A stretch of DNA of 64,000 bases from Eledone cirrhosa (lineage: Eukaryota): the NCBI GenBank assembly GCA_964016885.1, contig OZ024740.1, positions 291,834,001 through 291,898,000 on the forward strand, in the 5' to 3' direction. The notes beneath the pieces are model-generated. The model saw only the letters and a program-made list of their open reading frames with translations. It had not been told where the DNA came from and did not search any database. Shown here piece after piece: positions 12,701-24,700 of this stretch (position 1 is the stretch's first letter; every line of letters starts with the position of its first letter). The translations under genes and the position numbers were made by a program.

Positions 12701-15700
12701 GTGGAGGTGTTTGGTAATGTGGAAATAGTGGTGGAGGTGTTTGGTAATGTGGAAATAGTGGTGGAGGTGTTTGGTAATGTGGAAATAGTGGTGGAGGTGT
12801 TTGGTAATGTGGAAATAGTGGTGGAGGTGTTTGGTAATGTGGAAATAGTGGTGGAGGTGTTTGGTAATGTGGAAATAGTGGTGGAGGTGTTTGGTAATGT
12901 GGAAATAGTGGTGGAGGTGTTTGGTAATGTGGAAATAGTGGTGGAGGTGTTTGGTAATGTGGAAATAGTGGTGGAGGTGTTTGGTAATGTGGAAATAGTG
13001 GTAGAGGTGTTTGATAGTGTGGAATTGTTTAATCGTGTGGAAATTGTGGTGGAAGTGTTTGATCGTGTGGAAATTGTGGTGTTTGGTGTGTGGAAATAGT
13101 GGTGGAGGTGTTTGATAGAGTGGAAAGAGAAAGTATTTGCTAAGTCTGGAGGTTATTTAAGTATTGATCGCTTCAATGAAGAAAAGCAATATAATCAATA
13201 ATTTTGAATGAATTCCTTTATAAATGTGAAATATCAACATCATTTAATGGCCATTTTCTTTGCTAAATAGATAAGCAATTGACTTGAAGGAACATTTCTA
13301 TTTGTCTGGCATGTAAAGAAACTGGACAGATTTTATGGGCAAAACCAACGAGCAGGAGACCCTGAACAAGATGGTTAGATAACATCTATGAGCTTGGCTG
13401 ATCTCGCTTAGGGATCCAGCCAGATCAGTTGGAGACAGTTGCTTCTGACAGGACACACTGGAAGACTAATTGGGGGAGGGGGGGGGGGCAATGGCAATGA
13501 TGAAAAAGAAAGATGCTAAAACAAACCTGAATTAGTGGATATTGTAAGGGGTGACCTTGTACTTGATGTGTCTGATAAACTTGAATGAGCTGGGTTAGGC
13601 ATTGGAGACTGTGATCCAGATAGAATCCTTTGTTGCAGAGCAATATCTTCAAATAACGAAGATGCTTCAGATGGTTCTCCAATACTGTTAGGGGTCTGTC
13701 AAGAATATTATTGAAATACCATATTATTGTCATTATTTTATCATCATCCAATTGTTTATAAAATATTAGATTATTAAAAATAAAATTTTTTAAATTTCAT
13801 TTACAACATACATTTTATTCAATTTACAAATTTCAAAAGTTTGTGAGCTCTATTTTCTGAGATCTGCCGATGTACCCCACTGTTAGTTTGTGACCCCATT
13901 TACTGAGATCTACCAATGTACCCCACTGTTAGTATGTCAGCTCTATTCACTGACATATACCAATATACCTCACTGTTAGTTTGTGACTATTTAGTGAGAT
14001 CTACCTGTGTACTCCACTGTTAGTATGTGATTCTATTTACTGACATATACCAATGTACCCCAGTGTTAGTTTGTCAGCTGTATTTATTGAGATCTACCAA
14101 TGTACCTCACTGTTAGTTTGTCAGCTGTATTTACCGAGATCTACAGTGTACCCCACTGTTAGTTTGTGACTCCATTTACTGAGATCTACCAACATACCCC
14201 ACTATTAGTTTGTCAGCTCTATTTACTGAGATCTACTACTAATAATAATAATAAAATATTGTGTACAGTGCTCAGGTGCACTACAACTCATCAAAAAGTG
14301 TATGTATAGTACATAGGGCAATGTACAAACGTCAGGAAAATGAACAGTGCATGAGTCATGATATACACATGTGTGCATGTGTATGGAATGGGTACATCAG
14401 GTGTAGCCTTGGCGTATTTCGGGAAGCATGAGTGTCTTAAAGGATGCAGTGTCTCGGCAGCTAACAACTGACGCAGGCAGTTTGTTCCATGCTTCAGCAA
14501 CTCTGAGCGTGAAAAAATGTTTATGAAAGTCATGGGAGCTGTGCTGTTTTCTGATTTTGTAGGCATGTCCACGTGTGTTAGACACATAGAGATCAAAAAG
14601 GTGCTCAGGGTTGTTGTTGGCGAGATGGTTAATAACTTTGTGGGTATTTACCAAGTCCATTGCCAGACGTCGGAGCTTCAATGAATCCATGCCCAGGGAA
14701 GCAAGACGTTCAGAGTATGGTAGGTGTCTGATGGGGGGTATGCGCTTGGTTGCACGTCTCTGAACAGTTTCCAGGCGGTCAATGTTCTGAGCAAGATAGG
14801 GGTTCCAGACTGATGATGCGAATTCCAAGTGTGGTCGTACCATAGCTGTATACAGTTTTAAATAGATGGCTGGAGAGCAGCTAACAAAGGTCTTGCTGAG
14901 TGATGCCAAGACACCCTCAGCCTTCTTGACAATCTTAGAGACATGCTTTGTCCAACGCAAATCACTGCTGACAGTAATGCCCAGGTCACGTTCACAAGAG
15001 GACTTCTTGATATCAGTGTTGTGGAGGGAGTATGTGGACGCTGGATTTTTCCTCCCAAAATGCATGGTGGTACACTTGTCCACAGCCAGCTTCAGTTGCC
15101 AGTCTGTGATCCATTGCTGCATTGTGTCCAGGTCTGATTGTAGGAAAGAGTTGTAGATTTCAGGATCAGTCCTTTTGATTTTAAGGTACAGCTTGATGTC
15201 ATCTGCATATTTCAGTACTGTGGCATTCTGTAAGTTGGCATCTATGTCATTAATATATGCCACAAACAAAAGGGGACCAAGAACAGATCCCTGTGGTACA
15301 CCAGATGACATCTCATATGGTGAAGAATGCTGTCCTAGAACCGTGACTACCTCTTTTCGGCTGAGAATGAAGGATTTCAACCAGTCGAAAAGATCATCCC
15401 TCACACCCAATGTACCCCAGTATTAGTTTGTGACTATTTACTGAGATCTGCCAATGTACACTACTATTAGTTTCGTCTGACACTGGTTTTTATTTACTGC
15501 TTATTTTAAGTTTTGCTCAGTTGATCTTTTGAAAATCTATTTTAATCCAAATTCATTAGCTTTGAAACTGAATTGACTCTCACACACAGATCGGTGTGTG
15601 AAGAAGTGACAGGAAATGCCAGTGGAAGGCAGCCACAGTAGAGGTAAACCAAAAAAGACCTGGGCGGAGGTTGTGAAAGCTGAGCTCAAATCACTGAGAC

Positions 15701-18700
15701 CTGCAGAGGAGATGATGAAGGAATGTGACAAGTAAAGAAATGTTGTGCTGAAAAGGACTTGTCCAACCCATAGAAAAAATGGGCATAATGATAATGATGA
15801 TGACACTCTCTCTCTGTGTCTGTAAAAAGAAGTTTTTGCAGTCAAATAAAAAAGATTCTTTCTTGCTAGTGCAGGTGAGAAAAAAAAGAATTTGAGCTTA
15901 TATTGAAAAGTGTTATAAGGGTAATCATCATCACTATTTAACATCCATCTTCCATGGGTTTGAGGAGTTATCATGTTATGAAGCTAGCCAGATCAGATGA
16001 CCATGTCATGTTCATACATTTGGGCTTAGTTTTCTATGGCTGGATGCCTTTCCTAATACCAACATTACAGAGTGTATTGGGGAAGCTTTTCTTGTGGCAC
16101 CACTACTACCACTTTACAGGGTCGACTGGGTGCTTTTTTGTCAGGGTATCAGCATGACCATCTTACAGAGAAGACTGGATGTATTTTGTCGTGGCACCAG
16201 TATGACCACCTTACAGGATGGACTGGGTGTTTTTGTCATAACACCAACACTTTCAATATTTCTTAAACGCATAGAGTTTAAATAAATTGGGCAAATATTT
16301 ATAATATTATAATATTGGATAAATACAAAACAGTTCAAATGAAAAGAAAGAGAAACATGTGTCTCTTTAAAAGATTATATCAATAAAAAGTCATGTTTCT
16401 GAAAGAAGTGCATAGGAGTACCTTTGAACCAACACTAGGAGAACCTTGACCACTCAGAGATAAACCACTGTGCCCAGAGGAATCCTGGAATTAAAACAAA
16501 TTTATAAAAACATATAAACATACACATTTGTATTAACACACATCTATGTAAATGTATTTGTAGTCACATCATCATCATCGTTTAACGTCCATCTTCCACG
16601 CTTGCATGAGTTTGGACGGGAGTATTCCCACTTGAGGCAAGAGTGGTTGTCTTGCTCGCATAGAACTATCTGGCGGGTTTTCTACGGCTGGATGCCCTTC
16701 CTAACACCAACCACGTTTACAGTGTGGACTGGGAGGTTTTTACCATGTTACCTACACGGCCACATTACAGCGTGGACTGTGTTTTTTTTTTGTCATGACA
16801 CCTACACGATCTCATTTGTTTCGGACTGGATGTTGTGGTACCAACATAACATTACATTGAAAGGGGTGGTGTGGATGGGGTGGGGGTAGTGGGACGGGGG
16901 TGTATTTTTGTTAGAGGTGCCTACTGACTGTAGTAGGTTTCACTTTGTACTTAGGTAAGGCGGGTCTTCTGTATTACTGTGTAGCGCCAAAGATCTCGGT
17001 CCAGTGACATTGTCTTGGAGAGGTGTAAGTGTGTGAGGTCGGAATTTATCAAGTCGTCCCAGGTTTTTCTGGGTCTGCCTACTCTGTGGCTACCATCTAT
17101 TTTTATTGCCCTGCACTTTTTTATACAGCTGTCGTCTTTCATGCGCATCACGTGACCATACCAACGTAGCCTTCTCTCGAGTAAACAACATCTGATCCCT
17201 CTTATTTCTAATTTTTCCCTTAGTTCGTTTATGCTTTGCCGTTCACGTATATTACTATTACACATCCAGCGGAGCATGCAAGCTTCGTTCCTCTCCAGTC
17301 TGCGTACACAATGCCCAGGTCTCACTGCCATGTAACATTGCTGTTCGTATGCAGGCATCATACAGCCTGCCTTTCATTTTTAGAGAGAACCCTTTAGCGA
17401 CTAATAGTGGTATAAGCTCTCTGAACTTTTTCCATCCAGTTCTGACTCTAGCTACTGTACTTTCAGAGCACCCTCCCCCACTGCTGATTTTGTCACCCAA
17501 GTAACGGAAGGTGTCCACTATTTCTATAGAACCATCTGTGCAATAGAATGAGCTAGTATTCTGTGGGCACTTGCTGCTACTTATTGCACCAGAGCACCGG
17601 CCACATATAAAATCTATGTTCTTAGTTAGCTTACCTGTGATCCCACTACATCTTTTATGCACCCATACTTTGCATTTGGGACATAAAATGGAGTTTCTAC
17701 CTACTCCTTTCCTACACACTGAGCATGGCCATTTCCCGGATGGGACCGGTGCCCTATTTTCCTTCCTACAAACTAGAACTTTAGTCTTAGACAGGTTAAT
17801 TTTAAGGCCTTTTGATTCTAAGCCATGCTTCCATGTTTGGAATTTCTTCTCTAGTTCAGCCATTGATTCAGCTATGAGCGTTAGATCATCTGCGTATAGG
17901 AGTTCCCATGGGCAGCCGGTCTTGAACTCCACTGTTATAGCCTGAAGGGCAATAATAAATAGTAGGGGGCTAAAAACGGAGCCCTGATGAACACCAACTT
18001 TTACGCTAAACTCTTCACTATATTCGTTGTTAATTCTAACCTTGCTGACTGTTTCTTTATACATGGCTTGTATAGCTCTCACAAACCATTCATCAACACC
18101 TAGTTTTCTAAGAGCCCACCAGATAATGGAACGGGGTACTCTGTCAAAGGCTTTCTCCAAGTCGACATGTAAATACATATATACATGCTTGTATAACCAC
18201 ACTTATACTTTTTTTTTTAAATTGCTCATATTTAAGCTGAACCTATCAACAATTAAAACCAAAAGTCTAAAATACATAAATGTTTTTTTAAATAGTCTTA
18301 CATTTAGTTAATATAGTTAATCTATAAAATTCTGCAAAATTTTTGTATCTTAAATTTTCATTTTACAATTTACATATTTCAAAATAGATATTGATTATCA
18401 GCAAAGTTAGGATTAGCAATGAGTATAGTGAGGAATTTAGCATACAGGTTGGGGTCCACCAGGGCTCTGTTCTTAGCGCTCTCCTGTTCATCATAGTCCT
18501 GCAGGCAATAACGGAGGAGTTTAAGACCGGATGCCCATGGGAACTCCTGTATGCTGATGACCTCGCACTTATAGCTGAATCTATGGTAGAACTAGAGAAG
18601 AAATTCCAAACTTGGAAGCAGGGACTAGAAAGAAAGGGTCTCAAAGTCAACATGACAAAGACTAAGGTCCTTGTAAGTAGACGAGAAAACAGAACCCAGA

Positions 18701-21700
18701 TCCCCTCAGGGAAATGGCCTTGCTCAGTATGTAGGAAAGGTGTAGGTAGGAACTCCATTCTCTGCCCCAAATGCAAACAATGGGTACACAAGAGATGTAG
18801 CGAGATCTCAAGAAGCTTAATTAAGAATGTAGGCTTCACATGCAGCAGCTGTACTGGGACAGCAAGCAGCAAACAGTCACAGGAAACAAGTACCACCAAT
18901 CTCTGGGAGGGCTCTGTAGAGACAGTAGACAGCTTCTGCTACCTAGGTGACCGAATTAGCAGCAGAGGTGGGTGTTCAGAAAGTACAATAACTAGGGTAA
19001 GAACGGGATGGAAGAAGTTCAGGGAACTACTACCACTGCTAGCTGCAAAAGGCTTCTCCCTCAAAATGAAAGGCAGACTGTATGATGCGTATATCCGAAC
19101 AGCAATGTTACATGGTAGTGAGACCTGGGCGCTGAAGGTGGACGACTTACGTAGATTAAAGAGAAACGAAGCCTGCATGCTCTGATGGATGTGTAATAGT
19201 AATATACGCGAACGACAAAGCATAAATGAATTGAGAGAGAGACTGAGCATAAGAGGAATCAAATGCTGTGTGCAGGAGAGGCGGATGCGTTGGTATGGAC
19301 ATGTGATGCTTATGAAGGATGACAGCTGCATAAAAAGGTGCAGAGCACTAGAAGTCGATGGAAACCGCGGAGTGGGGAGACCCAAGATGACCTGGGATGA
19401 GGTGATAAAAGCTGACCTTACCCAATCACACCTCTCAAAAGCGATGACACACGACCGTGACCTCTGGCGTCATGCAGTAATACAGAGTACCCGACCTCCC
19501 ATGGGTACAAGCTGAAGCATATAGAAAATATGCCCCCACATCCTCCCACTGCAAGGTGGTCGTGGAGGTGCCACGGCAAAAAAGCACCCAGCCCACACTG
19601 TAAAGTGGACGTGTAGGCGCAACGAAAAAGCACCCAGCACTCACTGTAAATGAGGTTGGTGTTAGGAAGGGCATCCAGCTGTAGAAATCAAGCCAAATCA
19701 GTTCCTGTATGAGCAAGGCATGGTCAGCCGACCAGACACTGCCCACAACAGGACGACCCGTCTAACCCATGCTAGTGTGGAAGAACGGACGTAAAACGGT
19801 GATGATGATGATGATGAATTTAGGTACAAGGTAAAAAGATTGGGATAGGCAGGGAGTAAAGTTGATTAAATCAGCCCCAGTACTTGACTGGTACTTTATT
19901 TTATCAATCCCAGAAGGATGAAAAGCAAAGATAACCTTTGTGTGATTTGAATTCAGAATGTAAAGAATCATAGCACCACAATGGCATTTTATCTGATGCT
20001 CTACCAATTCTGCCAATCCACCATTCTATATTTCAAAATAAATGTTAAATAACATATCATTATTTAAAGTATTTATGAAGAAGACACAAGATCCAACTCT
20101 TGGTTTCTGTAGATTTTAAGTATTATCAATTATTTAACTTACAGTATTCAACAGTGACATCTTCTGAGCTAGCTCTGCAGCATTGACACCTGGTTGGTCC
20201 TCATTTGAGCTTACATGCTTCAATACCTGAAGAAACATAACTTTTTATTAATTTAGCTATAAGATAAATAACTCGTGGTATTAACTATTTTGGTACCAGC
20301 CTGCTCAAATGAAACAAAAATTGCCCATTTTAAAGGGTTCTTATTTAAATATAAATCTTCCAACGTAATTTTATATAAGACCTTTTTGTTGTATTATGTT
20401 ACAACTACCATCTGGATAATGAAATGACAAATAATGTTACTAAATTCTTCATTAAGTAATTGAAATATAGCATATTAAGAAAAAATATATCTCAATGTCA
20501 GTTAATGTAGAGCTTCTGCTAGAACTGTCTTCACTAAATAGTAAACATTTTGTTTGCTTTTCCAAGATCTACTTGTTTAGACCAAGAACAAACCTGATCA
20601 AGCAGACTTATGATTGAAGGTATTCCATTTTGTTTAGGGGCATCTAGGATTACCATTATCTAATGTGTCTTTTTTTTTTCTTCTAACAAGTCGAGCAACC
20701 ACATAGAAGTTTTGTTTGCTCAAGAGGCTCTCATATAGATTCTCTGAGTAGAAACTGCCATTAAAATGAAATCCTTTTTCTTAGCCTTCACAGCAGCTTC
20801 ACAAATGTTTGTGTCCATATATAGGAGAGGACAATTTCAAAGATCTCAAAAAGTATGGGTTATAAAGCAACATGTGAAAAATTGTATCTATAATGAATGT
20901 AATTGGTGTCAAAGTAAGATTTACTGCCTTAACCCTTTCATTATCATATTTCTAATGTAAGATACTGCCTATGATTTTCAAATAATTTTGAAAATAATCA
21001 AGAATTTGAAAGAATTTAATAATATAACTAACTTATTATTAACCCTTTAACATTTACATTACTCTATATATACTATTGTATTTTAACAATAAAGATTTTA
21101 TTTTACATAATTATTTCACATAATATCGACTACGAGATTTTGATGTTATTTATTTCAAGAACAATACCTTAACATCAGTATGAGCGGCCAGTTATAGCTG
21201 GTTTGAGCAGAAAGAGGTGAGAGAGATCTTGCCGGATATGGCCAGTTTAAATGCTAAAGGGTTAAATTGGTGTTTTGAACATAATAAAGGTTCTTATTAA
21301 AAATTTTAATGGAAGGCTTTTAGACAAATATAAATACTTTAAAACAAAAAATTTTGTATTGCACAACCAAGGGTGGTTTCAGTTGCTTTGTATCAAAAGG
21401 GTTAAGTAAATTGTGTTTTCTGAATGAAAATATAATCTGAACTCTAACTAAAATAAATAAATATTATTGGAATATTTAGTTCATCTTCTTGTTAATATAT
21501 TATTTCCTGTTTTGTCTAACATATAAATTAATTTGAAAAAGTGCTAGCTTTATAATTTTGGGGTTTAACACTTAGGATATTGAATGGTTTGAGAGAGAAG
21601 ACGTTATTCTATTTACTTCAATTTATTAATTCGTTCCAGTTGATAGTGGAGATTTTTTACAAGAAGGTACAAGCAGCCGTTGAAACATTTAAATTAAAAA

Positions 21701-24700
21701 TCTGTCCAATAATCAATTTCTATGTCAGAAGAATCACTTCAGATAGAGTCGCTACTTCTCTGAATTGAGAGATCACAGCTCTGATATTTCAGACAGTGGT
21801 TAAAACATTTCAAAAAAGAATTGCTGGACAGATTTTATGGGCAAAACCAACCAGCAGGAAACCCAGGAGTAGATCCTGAGCAAGATGGAAATCCATGAGC
21901 TCAGTTGGTTTCACTTTGGGATCCAGTCACATCAATTGGAGATGGTTGCTTCTGATAGGACCCACTGGAAGGAGTGTTTGAGGAATCTTCCTACATGACA
22001 CTCTCAGGAATAAGTAAACAAAGAAGAAGAATATTTTTTTTTAATCTATAATTTCACATAAAAAAACAATTTATTTCTAAGAAGTCCAATTACAACTGTA
22101 TGATAAAGACAGAATGCAAATGAAGTATTAAAAAAGGATTTGACATATCTATGTAAGGACAAATAATTCAAACAAAATATTTAATCCTTTTGGTATCAAT
22201 CCCACTGAAACTGCCTGGTTCTACAATACAAAGTTGTTTATTTTAAAGCGTTTATCATCATTATCAACACTGTTTAATGTCTATTTTCCATACTGCATGG
22301 ATAGACAAGTTGTCATGTTCTGAGGCTAGATAGGTCAGATAACCACATCATGCCCATACATTCCATTTTTGGCTTGGTTTCTATGGATGGATTCCTTTCC
22401 TAATGCCAATCACTTTACATGTACTGGAAGCATTTTATCATAGCACCAACACTACCACCTTACAGGGTCGATTGAGTGTTCTTTATCGTGGGACAGCACT
22501 ACCACTTTACAAAGTGGGCTAAGTAAGTATGCTTTACTGTGGCACCAATCCATCATAATTTTATGTAAGAACTTTTGATAAGTTATGCTCAAAACCAGCT
22601 TAATAATAAGAAAGTTAGTTATATTACTAAATGTCACAAAATTCTTGATAATTCAAAATCTTATTCATTAGAAATATGGTAATCAAAGGGATAATAATTT
22701 TACAGTAAAATAGAACAGGCACATACACATTTATTGGGAGATCATTACAGTTATTGCTTTGCATCTCTGCACTACTACTAAAATTTACTGAGATTTGCTG
22801 TGTCTAACTGTAAAAAGATGCTACAACAAAAATCCACTCCACATATGTAAAAAAAAAAAAAAAATCCAGAAATGTATTGTCTGCCTAAACTGTATGGGTT
22901 AAAACCAAACATAAGGTTTAATTTTGTTACTTATAAAATTGCAAAAATTCTGCAGAAAATTCAATGTACAGAAATCAAGAAATATTTACTCAAAAACTTA
23001 CATTTTTGGCAAGGTCATTTTTATTATAACCAAGCAACTGAAGAAATCTTGACCGTGGGTCATCCTCAAAATTTGACTGAAATTAAACATTTATAATAGA
23101 TAACAAATGCAGAAGAAATGTACTTTCAAGGATACAAAGTTTGAAATATGTAGAGATTTTTATTTTTTTTTACTTTTGTTATGTTATCAAAGCATACATA
23201 GCAAATGATTAGACTATCAGATGAGTTGAACTAGTATCAAAGACCTGCTGTCCAGCTCACCTGAGTGACTTAGCATAATAATTAGACTACCATAGGAGTT
23301 GAACTAATATCAAAGACCTTCTGCTGTCCAGCTCTCCTGAGAGTTTCTTACCACTAATAATTAGACAATCTCGTTGCTACAGTTCACTCAGCTGGCAAAA
23401 ATAGGTTGTACCTGTGGTTGAAATGCCAGCCCTGTCACATAGTGTGTCATTAAATCTCCATTAAGCGTACATGTGTCTGTGAAATGCTCAGTCACTAACA
23501 CGTTAATTTCATGAGCAGGCTGTTTCATAGACCAAACAACTGGAACACATTGTCAAAACCAACAGTGTTCCATTCCAATTCCAAAATTACAGCAATAATG
23601 CTATCTTGGAAACATGACAAACATACATAAAGAACATGGACAAACTGGATGAAATTCCAGTTTATTAACTAATAAGATTTTTAATACTATTTATTATCAT
23701 ACTGGATATGATATACAGGTAAAATTCCGTTATAATGAATACCATTATAACAAATTTTTCAGTATTACAATTTTTTTTTCAATCCCCGAGGTAATAACAA
23801 ACAAACGCACGATTTGTTTCAGTCAATCTCATTATAAAGAATTTTTCATTATAGCAAATTTTTTTTTATACCTTGTGAATTTTGTTATAATGAAATTTCA
23901 CTGTATAACATTCCTTAGTAGCTTTCCAAAGCTACTAAGGAATGTTATACAATGAAATTCAGTGAAAGCAACAAGAAAGACAGAAAAACAATTAGCAAAC
24001 ACACAATTTCAAAAATCAATATTTAAGCTAGCTTAATTAAGTATCATCAAGGATTAGCAATAATAGTTTGTAACAAAAAAACAACAAGAACATTTGTTGA
24101 TATTACAAACCTTGAGAAACATCCAGATGTTTTGTTCCATAGGGTCAGCACTATTCTCAGCTTTCAGTGAACAAAATTCCACTATTTCATTTTTATTTAA
24201 AGCATTTTGTAGTTGGTCAGAGCGTTGTAACAGATCTGTCTCTGTAATAACTTGACTGATATAAACATGTCGAGACTGGCTTTGTATTTGCGGAGATGCT
24301 GGAGATTGGTTCGGATTAACATTTCCACGAATATGCTCAAAAGTTATCAATTTGCCACCAAACTGAAAACAAACAAATATTAATTTTTCTTTTGTTTTCG
24401 AATTGAAATAAAAAAGATAACAAAAATGGTCTGAACCTTTCAGTTGGAACACGTAATAAACTAATGAAATACAACAGAGATCTATGATTAACTCTTAACA
24501 TCCTGTAATGATTTAGCAGAAAATATCTAAAAATGATCTTATAATATTTTTAGTAGGACAGATTTTTGTGAACATTTGAAGTAAACTAAAGAGAAGACAA
24601 TAATGTTTAATGTGACGCAGTCAGTGTTGTTTTATCCTTTTTCAGACTGTCTCGCAAATGTGGTTCATGAAGAAGAGGACATCAAGAGTTAAATCACTTT

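Noticed and set aside
12107-13099. 330-aa [10 protein letters not shown] repeat ORF
   Set aside because: Stop-free frame of a perfect 30-bp VNTR with no synonymous variation, antisense in an intron.
13840-14236. CRISPR-like appearance of the 43-45-bp arrays (also 36770-37168)
   Set aside because: Units are tandem with no unique spacers, there are no cas genes, and the context is eukaryotic.
16569-19817. Twin-priming inversion or inverted duplication of a single LINE
   Set aside because: Both arms contain the same region with their own 3' tails and are clearly diverged, which fits two independent insertions.
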